From Candidatus Eiseniibacteriota bacterium (lineage in GTDB: Bacteria; Eisenbacteria; RBG-16-71-46; CAIMUX01; VGJL01), in NCBI GenBank assembly GCA_963792585.1, contig CAWBWI010000003.1, forward strand, positions 224,001 to 288,000: a stretch of 64,000 nucleotides of DNA, read 5' to 3'. The stretch's first letter is position 1. The number at the start of each line of letters is the position of its first letter. The notes under the pieces were generated by a model, which did not search any database, was not told the DNA's origin, and saw only the letters and a program-made list of their open reading frames with translations. Shown one piece after another: positions 29,258-39,725 of the stretch. The position numbers were made by a program, and so were the translations under genes.

Positions 29258-31489
29258 TCAGTAGTTCCCGAATTTCCGTCGCAGGCGTTGACGGATCATC
29301 TCGGCGCCTGTGTTGATCACGAACGTCGTCAGGAATAGCAGGAATCCCGAAAAGAAGAGGATCCGGTAGAGGGTGCCCCCGTTCGGCGCCTCGGGGATTT
29401 CCACTGCGATATTGGCCGACAGAGTCCGCATTCCGTTGAATACGCTCCAGTCCATGACGGGTGTGTTGCCCGTCGCCATGAGGACGATCATCGTCTCGCC
29501 GATCGCGCGGCCGAAGCCGACCATGATCGCCGAGAAGATCCCGGACCCCGCGGCCGGAAGGACGATCCGCAGGGCCGTTTGCCAGCGGCTCGCCCCGCAC
29601 GCGATCGAGCCGCTGACGAGATGCTGCGGGACCGCCGAAAGTGCGTCCTCACAGATCGTGAAGATGATCGGTATGACGGCGAAACCCATTGCGAACCCGA
29701 CGATGATGCAGTTGCGTTGATCATACCGCACGTTCTGCGTATCGGTCAGCCAATGCCGAAAATCCCCCATGAAGAGGAATCTCTCCAGCACCGGCCCCAG
29801 ACTCTGAGCGATCCAGGCCCCGAGGAACGCGATCGGAATCAGGAAGAGGACCTCGGTTCCGGTCGGGAATCTGCCAGTCCAGCGGGTGGGTATGGCCCTC
29901 CACATCAGGGCTGCGCCGAGAAAGAGCATCGGCAGGAGAATCAATGTCAAGAAGGTGCCGGGCACGATCGTCTCGAGCTTCGGCGCGAGGAAGAGCCCGG
30001 CCACCAGACCCAAGACGACGCTCGGCAGGGCCGCCATGATCTCGATCGTCGGCTTCAGGATATTGCGAATCCGATGGTGCAGGAACTGACTTGCGTAGAT
30101 CGCCGCGAAGAGCGCGATCGGCACGGCGAATAGCAGCGCATAGAGCGTCCCTTTGAGCGTCCCGAAGAGAAGCGGTACGAGGCTGAACTTGGGCTCGAAA
30201 TCGTCCGATCCGCCGGTGGATTGCCAGACGTTCTCCGGTGCGTCGTAGCCCTCGTACCAAACGGGAAGGAACAAGGCTCGCAGCGAGATCTCCGGGTGCG
30301 GATTGTGTAGCCCGTAGTGAATGATCCCGCCGTCATCGAGGGCGACAAGGAATCCGTCCGACCTGGGCGCGAAAGCCAGCCCTGCAATGTTCCTGCCGGG
30401 TGTGAGACTCATGAGCGTCCGGTCATTCGTGAGGTAATGGAGGCGGATCTCCCCCTGCGCGTCGGCCGTAAGGAAGCCCCGATTGCGCGCTGAAGGAGCG
30501 ATCGCGATCACTGGGCCCTTCTGGCTTTGAAGCGAGTGCACGCGGCGAAACTTCTTGCCCGCCGCGCCGGAACCGGGATCGCGCGCCTCGAACCAACCCG
30601 AGATGCTGCCGTCCCCACCACCGACGATGACCGAGTTATCCCCCAGCGCCATCGCGAGCGCGGTGACCGAAACATCGCGCGCGCCCATCGCCTGGAAGGT
30701 CTCCGCGTGGAGTGGTTGACCCTGCTCGATGTTCCAGCATTGCACTCCGCCATCGGCGAGACCCACGAAGAGACGTCGTCCGGACGCACTGATCGTGAGG
30801 GCGGTTACCGCGGACGGCAGATCCTTGGTCAGATCGAAAGATGTCCCGCTGCGTGTGGGCTCGTCGATCAGACTCTGATGGATCGTTTCGATCGACAGAG
30901 TCAGACGACCGTCGGCGGTCACGATCGCGGAGGTGGTTCCATCCTCGTAACGCGCATAAGCCAGACGGGTGACCGCGACCCCGGCTGCGACGGCGAGAAC
31001 CGGCTTCGGCGTGAACCGGACCACGCTCTCCCGCCCACCGTCCGGACGGTAGGAGACATCATAGGCAACCTCGAGTTCTTGGACCCGGCCGTCGGAGCAG
31101 CCGACCAGCAGGCCGTCGCCACGCGCCGACTGCGCCACGGCGGTGATCGTCGCATCCCTCAGGCTATCGATCGGGAAGCTCTCTCCGGCCTCGCCCCGGA
31201 GCGGATCGAACAACCCGATCGCGGGCCGGGAGCCGATGAAGTAAGCTCGATCCCGGTATTCATTCACCCCTACGAGGAGAACCCGGCCGCCGCCGGACTG
31301 GGTGCGCGCGATCTCCCATTCTGTCGGCCGGTGAAACAGGGGGGCTGCCTCGAGGACGATGAAGACGAGAATCCCGATCACCGCAAGAACAATCGCGATT
31401 CCGCCGGTCATGATGCCTCCGCCCGCGGCGTGATCCAGGAGGATCACGCTGCGGGCGGTACCGCGACGCTTTCGGGGTTCTATGTCCAT
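29258..31489 (-). CDS. pstC: Phosphate ABC transporter permease PstC (long form with WD40-like propeller insert)
   Basis: KPTIEIMAALPSVVLG, GRAIGETMIVLMATGN; start placed at ATG 31489. Confidence 0.92.
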   Translation of the reverse strand: MDIEPRKRRGTARSVILLDHAAGGGIMTGGIAIVLAVIGILVFIVLEAAPLFHRPTEWEIARTQSGGGRVLLVGVNEYRDRAYFIGSRPAIGLFDPLRGEAGESFPIDSLRDATITAVAQSARGDGLLVGCSDGRVQELEVAYDVSYRPDGGRESVVRFTPKPVLAVAAGVAVTRLAYARYEDGTTSAIVTADGRLTLSIETIHQSLIDEPTRSGTSFDLTKDLPSAVTALTISASGRRLFVGLADGGVQCWNIEQGQPLHAETFQAMGARDVSVTALAMALGDNSVIVGGGDGSISGWFEARDPGSGAAGKKFRRVHSLQSQKGPVIAIAPSARNRGFLTADAQGEIRLHYLTNDRTLMSLTPGRNIAGLAFAPRSDGFLVALDDGGIIHYGLHNPHPEISLRALFLPVWYEGYDAPENVWQSTGGSDDFEPKFSLVPLLFGTLKGTLYALLFAVPIALFAAIYASQFLHHRIRNILKPTIEIMAALPSVVLGLVAGLFLAPKLETIVPGTFLTLILLPMLFLGAALMWRAIPTRWTGRFPTGTEVLFLIPIAFLGAWIAQSLGPVLERFLFMGDFRHWLTDTQNVRYDQRNCIIVGFAMGFAVIPIIFTICEDALSAVPQHLVSGSIACGASRWQTALRIVLPAAGSGIFSAIMVGFGRAIGETMIVLMATGNTPVMDWSVFNGMRTLSANIAVEIPEAPNGGTLYRILFFSGFLLFLTTFVINTGAEMIRQRLRRKFGNY

Positions 31490-31493
31490 CAAC

Positions 31494-32474
31494 CTACTGG
31501 AGCTTCTTGAGCTCTTCGTCAATCACCTTCTTTGGCAGGGGGATATAACCGTCCTTGATCACGACCTCCTGCCCCTCCTTGCTCAACACAAACGTCAGAA
31601 ACTCCTTCGTCAGGGGGTCGAGCGGTTTGTTGGGCGCCTTGTTGAAGTAAATGTACAGGTACCGACCCAGGGGATAGGTACCATTCAGCACGTGATCAAG
31701 ATCGGCGGCCACATAGGGACCCCCCGCCTTCTTCGCGAGCGGGACGGCGCGGACGCCGGCGGTGCTGTAACCGATTCCGCTGTATCCGATCGCATAGCGG
31801 TCGTTCTCGATACCTTGCACGACCGACGCCGAGCCGGGCTGCTCCTTGACGGTGTTCTTGAAGTCCCCCTTCGCCAGCGCGTGCTCCTTGAAGTAGCCAT
31901 AGGTCCCGGATGCCGAGTTGCGGCCGTAGAGGCTGATCGGTCGATCCCAGTCGCCCGTCATGCCCAGCTGCCCCCAGGTGTTGATCTCCTCCGGAGCGCC
32001 GCCCTTGCGCGTCGAGGAGAAGATCGCGTCGACCTGGCCGAGAGTCAACCCCTGGATCGGGTTATCCCGGTTCACCCACACCGCGAGCGCATCCAGCGAG
32101 GTACGGATATGAGACGGCTTGTAACCGACTTTCTTCTCGAACGCGTCGATCTCATCGGGCTTCATCTCGCGCGACATCGGCCCGAGTTGGGCCGTCCCCT
32201 CGATCAATGCTGGCGGAGCTGTGGAAGAACCCTTCCCCTCCACCTGAATCGTCACGCTCGGATAGCGCTTCTTGAACCCCTCCTGCCAAAAGGTCATGAG
32301 GTTGTTCATCGTGTCGGAGCCGATCGAGCCAAGACTTCCCGAGATTCCTGCCGTGGCCTTGTAAGGGACGACTCCCTCGGGGACCTTGATCGCGTCCTGC
32401 GCCCGGGTCGCACCCGCGACCGCAAAGGTGAAGACCGCGGCCAGGATCCACTCCATCCAGATACCCTTCTTCAT
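31494..32474 (-). CDS. pstS: Phosphate-binding protein PstS
   Basis: Signal peptide, GSDTM, GKGSSTAPPAL, RNSASGTY, YPLGRYLY. Confidence 0.95.
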   Translation of the reverse strand: MKKGIWMEWILAAVFTFAVAGATRAQDAIKVPEGVVPYKATAGISGSLGSIGSDTMNNLMTFWQEGFKKRYPSVTIQVEGKGSSTAPPALIEGTAQLGPMSREMKPDEIDAFEKKVGYKPSHIRTSLDALAVWVNRDNPIQGLTLGQVDAIFSSTRKGGAPEEINTWGQLGMTGDWDRPISLYGRNSASGTYGYFKEHALAKGDFKNTVKEQPGSASVVQGIENDRYAIGYSGIGYSTAGVRAVPLAKKAGGPYVAADLDHVLNGTYPLGRYLYIYFNKAPNKPLDPLTKEFLTFVLSKEGQEVVIKDGYIPLPKKVIDEELKKLQ

Positions 32475-32524
32475 GGTTACCTCCTTCAGACTCGATCACC
32501 ATGGCGGGCTCCGGCTGGCGGAAG

Positions 32525-32552
32525 GTGAAGGCTCCATTAAGACTCTGCAAAG
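32525..32552 (-). promoter_or_regulatory. Putative Pho-box-like repeat (11-bp period) upstream of pstS
   Basis: Minus-strand CTTTGC, CTTAAT, CTTCAC at exact 11-nt spacing. Confidence 0.4.
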
Positions 32553-32598
32553 AACGGGCGACTTGCCCCCGTCTTGGCGCAACCGTATCCTGGAACGG

Positions 32599-33894
32599 AT
32601 GTTGCACCATCAAGGAGCCAGTCTGGGGAACGCGCTGTCGCCCATTGCGGTGGTCCCCTTTGTCGCCATGCTCCTGGCGATCGCGATTCTTCCTATGGCC
32701 TGCCCCCACTGGTGGGAACCCCTCCGTCGAAAGCTGGGCGTTTCGGTCGCCCTTTCGATCCCGATCGTGCTTCTGCTCCTCTTGCGCGGTCCCCACGATC
32801 TGGGACGCGCCCTGCACGAATATGGATCGTTCCTTTGCATGCTTGGATCTCTGTTCGTGATTTCCGGGGGGGTTCTCCTGACCGGGGACCTCCGGGCGAC
32901 GCCGATTGTCAACACGACATTCCTCCTGATCGGCGCCGTCATCGCGAACCTGATCGGCACGACCGGAGCAAGCATGCTCCTCATTCGCCCCCTCCTAAAG
33001 ACGAACTCGGAGCGATTGCACACCGGCCATGTCCCAATCTTCTTCATCTTTCTGGTCAGCAACATCGGCGGCTGCCTCACCCCGCTCGGCGATCCTCCGC
33101 TGTTCCTTGGATTCCTGCGCGGCGTGCCGTTTGCCTGGACTCTGCGGCTCTGGCCCGAATGGCTCGCGGCGGTGTGCGCGCTCCTCTTGATCTTCTACGT
33201 CTTCGACACGATCCAGTACCGTCGAGAGTCGCGCACAACCGAGATTCTTGACCGGATCGATGTCGAGCCATTGCGGATCCGCGGCACCATGAACCTCTTG
33301 GGTCTGCTCGGTGTGCTCGTGCTCGTTCTCTGGGTCCCGACACCCTGGAGGGAGCTGGGGATGATCGCTCTCGCGAGCGCCTCCTACTTCCTCACGCCGC
33401 GTCCGGTGCACCAGGGGAACCGCTTCTCGTTCTATCCGATTCAGGAGGTCGCAGTCCTCTTCCTGGGGATTTTCGTGACGATGGTCCCCGCGCTCCTCAT
33501 CCTCGAGGCGCGCGGCGCCGAGTTGGGGATCTCGCGGCCCTGGCATTTCTTCTGGGCGACTGGAGGAATCTCCTCCTTCCTCGACAACGCCCCGACCTAT
33601 CTCGCGTTCACTTCGATGGCGATGGGACTCCACCAGATCGTGGCGGAGGGGGCGCGCCCGCTCATGGGTCTGATCGATCACCCCGGAGGAGCTATCTCCT
33701 TGCGCGCGATTTCCGTTGGGGCGGTATTCATGGGGGCAAACACCTATATCGGCAACGGCCCGAATTTCATGGTCAAGTCGATCTGCGAGGAGCGTGGGGT
33801 GAGGATGCCGTCCTTCTTCGGTTACATGGCATGGTCTGGAGCCATTCTCGTGCCCCTATTCGTCCTGATCACACTGATCTTCTTCCGGGGATGA
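32599..33894 (+). CDS. Putative sodium:proton antiporter (ion transporter superfamily)
   Basis: GTTGASMLLIRP, SNIGGCLTPLGDPPLFLGF, SSFLDNAPTY, GANTYIGNGPNFMVK. Confidence 0.88.
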   Translation: MLHHQGASLGNALSPIAVVPFVAMLLAIAILPMACPHWWEPLRRKLGVSVALSIPIVLLLLLRGPHDLGRALHEYGSFLCMLGSLFVISGGVLLTGDLRATPIVNTTFLLIGAVIANLIGTTGASMLLIRPLLKTNSERLHTGHVPIFFIFLVSNIGGCLTPLGDPPLFLGFLRGVPFAWTLRLWPEWLAAVCALLLIFYVFDTIQYRRESRTTEILDRIDVEPLRIRGTMNLLGLLGVLVLVLWVPTPWRELGMIALASASYFLTPRPVHQGNRFSFYPIQEVAVLFLGIFVTMVPALLILEARGAELGISRPWHFFWATGGISSFLDNAPTYLAFTSMAMGLHQIVAEGARPLMGLIDHPGGAISLRAISVGAVFMGANTYIGNGPNFMVKSICEERGVRMPSFFGYMAWSGAILVPLFVLITLIFFRG

Positions 33895-33895
33895 G

Positions 33896-34657
33896 ATGAC
33901 CCCTACCGCCGACCCGTACGATACGTTCGCGCGTGTGTATGACGCATGGCAGGCCGGCTTCTCGAAGCCCTTTTCCGAGGCGATTCTCCCATTCTACGAG
34001 AGGGAGATCCTCGCGCGCGGCGCGCCCGAGCATTCGCTGGCCGATCTCGCCTGCGGGACGGGGACATTCCTCGATGCCTGGCGCAAGCGCCACCCGGAGT
34101 GGAGGCTCGTCGGTACCGATCAATCGACGGCGATGCTGTCCGTCGCGCGTCGCCGCCTCGGCGGCGGTGTCTCTCTCCTCGCGCAATCTCTGCAGAAGAC
34201 GGCTCTCTCCCCTCCGGTCGGGGCAATCGTCTGCGTCTTCGATAGCGTAAATCATCTCCTGAAGGCCGCCGATCTCGCGCGAACATTGCGCGCCGTGCAT
34301 CGCTCCCTGCTCCCCGGCGGTCTCCTCCTGTTCGACGTGACGGACGAACGGACCTTTCCCAGCTTCTTTCAGGGCACTTGGACTGTTGAGACCGAGGACC
34401 TCCACGTGACGGCGACCGCGGCGTGCTCTCCGGACCGGAGGTCCGGACGGATCGGCTTCACCGTCTTCGACCGTCTGGGACGCGTGTGGCGTCGGAGCGA
34501 TTTCGATGTCCGGGAGCGAAACTGGCCGGCCCGGGAGCTTCGCGCAGCGCTCGGAGCGGCCGGGTTCTCCGTTCTGCGCATGCGTCGGGTCCAGCCATAT
34601 CCTCCTGAGGAGGCGGACCCGCCTCGGCCCCTCTGGATTGCCCGCCGTTGCCAGTGA
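33896..34657 (+). CDS. Class I SAM-dependent methyltransferase
   Basis: FARVYD, DLACGTG, DSVNHL, L.PGGLLLFD. Confidence 0.88.
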   Translation: MTPTADPYDTFARVYDAWQAGFSKPFSEAILPFYEREILARGAPEHSLADLACGTGTFLDAWRKRHPEWRLVGTDQSTAMLSVARRRLGGGVSLLAQSLQKTALSPPVGAIVCVFDSVNHLLKAADLARTLRAVHRSLLPGGLLLFDVTDERTFPSFFQGTWTVETEDLHVTATAACSPDRRSGRIGFTVFDRLGRVWRRSDFDVRERNWPARELRAALGAAGFSVLRMRRVQPYPPEEADPPRPLWIARRCQ

Positions 34658-34745
34658 AACCGTCGGGGGTCTCCGCTCGTACTCCGCCCATGATATCCTC
34701 GACCTTCGTCGAGTCGCGTCGCTCGGAGCGACGCCGGAGGAGCCG

Positions 34746-36491
34746 ATGAAGTCCTTCCTGCAGACATTGCTCGCCGTTCTCGTGGCCAACGCGCTGATCT
34801 TCGGCTGCTTCGTCATCTTGATTGGGCTTCTGGTCCTCGGCATGAAGAGTGACCTCCCAAAGATCGAGGCCGGGAGCGTCCTGGTCCAAGAAGTCGACGG
34901 GGAGTTGCCCGAGTACGCCCCCCCCACAACGATCTCCGACTTCGGGTCCACGCCCGTGTCCCAGACGATGATCCTGGAAAACCTCGAGAAGGCCCGTGTC
35001 GACAAGAGAATCCGCGCTGTCGTCCTCAGAATCGGTTTGCCCGGCGTCGGCTACGCAAAGATGGACGAGTTGACCGGGCGCATCCAGCAATTGCGCAAGT
35101 CCGGCAAGCCGGTGATCGGCTACCTCGAGTCGCTCAACAATCGCTCACTCTACCTGGGCGCCGCCTGCGACAGCCTGTTGCTGATGCGGAACGGCTATGT
35201 CTCCCTGCACGGCTTCGCGTCCGAGCGACCTTTTATCAAGGGGACCCTCGAGAAGCTCGGGATCAAGGACAACCTCCACAGGATCGAGAAATACAAGTCG
35301 GCTGCGGAGATGTTCCAGCGCAAGGAAATGTCGCCCGAGTCTCGCCGAAACATCGATTGGATGCTCGACGTCTACTACCCCAACTTCCTCAGGACGATCG
35401 AGGAGGGGCGCGGGCTCGAACCCGGAACGTTCGAATCGGCCGTCCTCTCCCAGGGCGCGTTGATCCCGCGGGAAGCCCTTGCCGCGCGTCTCGTCGACCG
35501 CCTGGTCTACTGGGACGAGGTTGAATCCTCCCTGCTCCATCTCCCCGGCGTGAAACCGGCATCTTCCGGCAAGGCGCGGCTTGGCCCCCGTCCCCGAATG
35601 GTTAAGGGAAGCGACTATGCGAAGATCTCGCGCGGGCAGGCGGGAATCGCCGGAAAGAAGAAGATCGCGATCGTGCACGCGCAAGGTTTGATCGCCGGTG
35701 AGAAGAGCGGCTGGGCCTTCCCGTTCGGGATGACGATGGGTGGCGCCACCATGGAAGAGGCCCTTCGGCAGGCCGTCGAGAACGACGGCGTCTCGGCCAT
35801 CGTTCTCCGTGTGGACAGCGGTGGCGGGGAAAGCTCGATGTCGTGGAGGATCGGTCGCGCAGTCAAGCGGGCGGCGGCTGCAAAGCCGTTTGTCGTTTCC
35901 ATGGTCGACATGGCCGCCTCGGGCGCCTACATGATCGCCTACCCCTGCACGACTCTCGTTGCCGATCACCTTAGCGTGGTCGGATCGATCGGTTCGATCT
36001 CGGGCAAGTTCAACATGCGGGGCCTTTACGACAGGCTCGGCCTCACGAAGGAGTATGTCACCCGGGGACCGAATGGCCTGATCGACTCCGACTACTTCGA
36101 CTACACCCCGGAGCAGTTCGCCGCCTTCGCGGACCGCCACTGGAAGGACTACTACGAGTGGGTCGATGATGTCGCACGTGTGCGTCACATGGCGCCGGCT
36201 GAAATCGACTCGGTGGGCCGGGGCAGGGTATGGACCGGGGAGCAGGCTCTCGAGCGCCGTCTGATCGACCACCTCGGGACCTTCGACGACGCGGTCCGGA
36301 TCGCCAAGCAGCAGGCTGGGATCCCGGTCAATCAGGATGTTGCCTATGTTCACTATCCGAGGCCGCAGGGTCCGATTGAGGCGCTGAAGAGCGGTGGTTT
36401 GACCGCAGCACTCGTCTCGATGGTGCGTCAGGCGCTCGCCCCCCTCGAGAAGGACGCGAGTTGGGCGGTGGACTGGGATCGTTACCGGTAG
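34746..36491 (+). CDS. sppA: Signal peptide peptidase SppA (67 kDa type)
   Basis: N-terminal TM, KYKSAAE, LRVDSGGG, AASGAY, GSIG, GRVWTG; GGAGG SD before ATG 34746. Confidence 0.92.
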   Translation: MKSFLQTLLAVLVANALIFGCFVILIGLLVLGMKSDLPKIEAGSVLVQEVDGELPEYAPPTTISDFGSTPVSQTMILENLEKARVDKRIRAVVLRIGLPGVGYAKMDELTGRIQQLRKSGKPVIGYLESLNNRSLYLGAACDSLLLMRNGYVSLHGFASERPFIKGTLEKLGIKDNLHRIEKYKSAAEMFQRKEMSPESRRNIDWMLDVYYPNFLRTIEEGRGLEPGTFESAVLSQGALIPREALAARLVDRLVYWDEVESSLLHLPGVKPASSGKARLGPRPRMVKGSDYAKISRGQAGIAGKKKIAIVHAQGLIAGEKSGWAFPFGMTMGGATMEEALRQAVENDGVSAIVLRVDSGGGESSMSWRIGRAVKRAAAAKPFVVSMVDMAASGAYMIAYPCTTLVADHLSVVGSIGSISGKFNMRGLYDRLGLTKEYVTRGPNGLIDSDYFDYTPEQFAAFADRHWKDYYEWVDDVARVRHMAPAEIDSVGRGRVWTGEQALERRLIDHLGTFDDAVRIAKQQAGIPVNQDVAYVHYPRPQGPIEALKSGGLTAALVSMVRQALAPLEKDASWAVDWDRYR

Positions 36492-36579
36492 GGCTCGATC
36501 CGGTCCACACCCGTCGGCAGCCTGTTGGCTGAAAGCGGATCGTCCTCATCTCGGACCGAGAGCGACTTGATTGCGGGCT

Positions 36580-37806
36580 CTACTCGGGGGTTTGCTCCTT
36601 CTTCGCGCGTTCGTCCGCGTAGAGCCGCAACGTCTCCTTGTAGCGCTCCGCGTTGTCCGGGTCATAGGTAATCAGATGCTGCGCCATCGCCCGAACCATC
36701 TCAGGGCCTTCGTCCACCGCGATGTAGAGGTTGAAGAGTTCTCGGGCGGCACTCAGGGGGAATCGTGGCGCCTGCCCACGCCATCCCGGCCCCTGGAAGA
36801 AGCCCTCGAGCGATTGTTCGAGGATGTCGCGCCCCTCCTCGATCTTCCCGGCCGCGATGTATGCCCGTGCCGCGAGGTTGACGAGTTCGGGGGACGGATC
36901 CCCCGACATGATCAACCCCTTCGCGATCGCCAGCGCCTCGTCGGCCCCTCCTTGGTGGATCAGAATCTCGGCGTAGAGGGACGCCGCCTCGGCATCGGTC
37001 GGATGGTTCTCGTGCAAGCGCCGTGCTTCCGCGAGCGCCTCCTCGCCCCGGCCGATCTGATCCAGCAGGGAGGCAGCCATCATTCCACGGCGGTAATCGA
37101 GTTCCTCCGGCAACGCCAGTCCCCCGAGCAGCGCAAGGGCCTCCTCGACCTTTCCGTCGAGCATGAGCGCGTTTGCCCTTTCGAGGCGGACAATCGGGTC
37201 GGCGGCGGCGTCCGCGGGGATCTCATCGAATGCCGCGAGAGCCCCGGAGATGTTTCCCTCTTGGAGGAGCAGGAATGCGCCCCGAAAGGGTATCCCCTGG
37301 GCTCGGTATCGCTCGGCAACTTTGCCGGAGAGGGCGTTCATATAGATCTCGAAGAGATCCTCCGGGGTCTGGCCGAAGTCCGCGACTGCCACACCCTCCT
37401 CCGGGGGGATGATCTCCACGTCGGTGGTCTCATCGAGCCCGGCAAGAATCTTCTCCGCCGCGCTCCGCGGGGCAGAGGCGGGATCGAGCTCTTCGAGCCT
37501 GCGCCGGATATCGGGGACTTCGAGGTCGTCTTCGGCGAGCTCGAGGATCGTCTTCAGGCAATCGACCGCCCCCTCGCGCTCCCCCGCGCCAAGGAGCCGC
37601 TCAGCCTCCTCTTCCTGGATCGCGATCAGCCCGCGCCGCGCTCGCCTCCAGCCGTCCTTGGCCTGTGTACGGATCGAGGCGTCGATTCCCTCGCGCCCCA
37701 GTATTTCCTCGAAGGCCGCCCGGGCTTCATAGTAGGACCCGCGGCCGAGGTGTTCGTTCGCTTTGGCCAGCTTCTTCTCCGCATGAAATCCGCCGAATAG
37801 CCCCAC
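36580..37806 (-). CDS. Tetratricopeptide repeat protein
   Basis: Helical repeats with G..eeA...l pattern; abuts the ABC permease stop. Confidence 0.7.
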   Translation of the reverse strand: MGLFGGFHAEKKLAKANEHLGRGSYYEARAAFEEILGREGIDASIRTQAKDGWRRARRGLIAIQEEEAERLLGAGEREGAVDCLKTILELAEDDLEVPDIRRRLEELDPASAPRSAAEKILAGLDETTDVEIIPPEEGVAVADFGQTPEDLFEIYMNALSGKVAERYRAQGIPFRGAFLLLQEGNISGALAAFDEIPADAAADPIVRLERANALMLDGKVEEALALLGGLALPEELDYRRGMMAASLLDQIGRGEEALAEARRLHENHPTDAEAASLYAEILIHQGGADEALAIAKGLIMSGDPSPELVNLAARAYIAAGKIEEGRDILEQSLEGFFQGPGWRGQAPRFPLSAARELFNLYIAVDEGPEMVRAMAQHLITYDPDNAERYKETLRLYADERAKKEQTPE

Positions 37807-38787
37807 CTATTTCCTCCTCCGTAGACAGATCCAAATCAGAAAAGGCGCGCCCACCGCAGATGTGATCGCCCCGACCGGGAGCTCCGCCGGCGCTAGCAGG
37901 AGCCGTGCGAGTAGATCCGCGAGAATCAACCACCCGGCACCCAGTATGGCCGAGAGCGGAAGCAGCCTGCCGTGGGATGGCCCCACGATACCCCTCGCGA
38001 GGTGCGGCACCATCAATCCCAGAAAGCCGATCACCCCGCAATGCGCAACCGACGCGGCGACCGGGATCGTCGTCGCCGCGAGAAGGAGTCCCCGCGTTCG
38101 CCCTACGTCGACGCCCACGCTCCGCGCGGTCTCGTCTCCCCAGAGGATCGCATCGAGGTCGCGCGCCTTCCAGACCCCGAGTCCGAGGCCCACCCCCAAG
38201 CCCGCGCCGACCTGCGCCACACCACCCCAGGTCGCCCCCGCGAGATTCCCCATCAGCCAGAAGAGGACCCCTTCGGGCCCGCGGGGAAGGAGCAGAAGGA
38301 TCACGGATGTGATCGCGGAACAGACGGCCGCCATCGCCAAGCCGATCAGAAGAAGTGTCTCCGTCCGACCCGACCGCATCCGCCCGGAGAGCGAGGCGAC
38401 GAGGGCCACCACGCTAAGCCCGCCGATCATCGCGGCAAACGGTTGGGCCGAGGTGGGGGGGGTGGCCACCGCCACGGTCAGGATGGCGACGGCGAGGCCC
38501 GCACCGCTGGAGACCCCGATGACGTAGGGCCCCGCCATGGGATTCTGAAAATAGGCTTGGAGGAGCACGCCGCTGACGGCCAGAGCCGCTCCCGTCACCG
38601 CGGCGAGTAGCGCCCGCGGAAGACGCAAGTCGACGACCAGGGTGCGTACGGCATCGTGGTTCGACGCGTGTGGGTCGAAGAGCCCTCTGAGAATCCCCAT
38701 TGGCCCGATCGCCGCCGGTCCGACGACAAGGGCAATGGCGAAGACCGCGACGACGAGGATCGCGGCCGGCCAAGTCGCGCCCTTCAT
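37807..38787 (-). CDS. Iron-chelate/cobalamin ABC transporter permease (FecCD/BtuC family)
   Basis: LRLPRALLA, QNPMAGPYVIGVSSGA, GVIGFLGLMVPH, ELPVG. Confidence 0.93.
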   Translation of the reverse strand: MKGATWPAAILVVAVFAIALVVGPAAIGPMGILRGLFDPHASNHDAVRTLVVDLRLPRALLAAVTGAALAVSGVLLQAYFQNPMAGPYVIGVSSGAGLAVAILTVAVATPPTSAQPFAAMIGGLSVVALVASLSGRMRSGRTETLLLIGLAMAAVCSAITSVILLLLPRGPEGVLFWLMGNLAGATWGGVAQVGAGLGVGLGLGVWKARDLDAILWGDETARSVGVDVGRTRGLLLAATTIPVAASVAHCGVIGFLGLMVPHLARGIVGPSHGRLLPLSAILGAGWLILADLLARLLLAPAELPVGAITSAVGAPFLIWICLRRRK

Positions 38788-39725
38788 CTGGCATCGCCCC
38801 AGTCAAGATCGGGGTGGATGCACCGACCCAGAGACCGGATCGCCAGCACGACTCGGGGGCCAGGGCGCATGAGCCAGTCTTCGGGAACGAGACAGATTCG
38901 TCCGTCCTGCACGGCACGCAGCCCCCGCCATCCGGGCCGCTCTTTGAGGGAGGCGACCAGTGCATCGCGCGAGGTTTGTCCGGTATCGGCGTCCGAGGCT
39001 GCTACGAGGATCCAGGCCGGCTGTTTCTCGACGAGGACCTCGGTCCCGTACCTCGGCCAGGCCACCGGAGCATCGTCCGCGACGTTTCGGCCTCCGGCCA
39101 GAGCAATCGCCTCCGACACATGGGTCCCGGGTCCCGCGGTCCAATCGGGTGAGGCGGGATCGAAGTAGTAGACGGTGGGGTGAGCTGCCTGAGCGATCGC
39201 GCCGCTGGTCCGCCGCAGCTGGGTGAGTCGGCGCTCGAAGTCCCGCAGGGTCCGGCCCGCTTGCGCCGTGTCATCGGGCGCTACGAGATCGATCATCCGC
39301 CGCATCGTGTCGTCCACGGTGTCCATCCCACCCTGAGAATCGAAGGCGTACACGGGAATGCCCACCCGTCGGATCTGATCCTGGACGGCGACGGGATTTC
39401 CCCGGGTGGCCAACACTAGATCGGGATTGATGGCCAAAATTCCTTCGACAGACGGATCGACGATTCCTCCAACGACATGAATTCCAGCAACTTCTGGCGG
39501 AAAGTTGCAGTATCGCGTTACGCCCACAATCCGTTCTCTTCGGACCCCGATTGCGAAGAGGATTTCAGTCAGATTCGGGGATAGGGAGACGATTCGCCGA
39601 GGAGTTGCCCCGACATGAACACTGTGGTCCGTCGCGTCATTATAGGTCGTTTTGGATATTGCCAGTGATTGAATCGGCAGCATCAACACCCAAATCAGGC
39701 CATAAATCAGGACGCGGGATATCAT
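38784..39725 (-). CDS. Helical-backbone metal/cobalamin-binding protein (BtuF-like)
   Basis: RIVSLSPNLTEILFAIG, VGVTRYCNFP, AGGRN, RPGPR. Confidence 0.9.
   Translation of the reverse strand: MISRVLIYGLIWVLMLPIQSLAISKTTYNDATDHSVHVGATPRRIVSLSPNLTEILFAIGVRRERIVGVTRYCNFPPEVAGIHVVGGIVDPSVEGILAINPDLVLATRGNPVAVQDQIRRVGIPVYAFDSQGGMDTVDDTMRRMIDLVAPDDTAQAGRTLRDFERRLTQLRRTSGAIAQAAHPTVYYFDPASPDWTAGPGTHVSEAIALAGGRNVADDAPVAWPRYGTEVLVEKQPAWILVAASDADTGQTSRDALVASLKERPGWRGLRAVQDGRICLVPEDWLMRPGPRVVLAIRSLGRCIHPDLDWGDAR

Noticed and set aside
27568..31489. Unusually long PstA and PstC as novel fusions
   Set aside because: Long forms with extracytoplasmic inserts are already known, for example in Pseudomonas-type pst operons.
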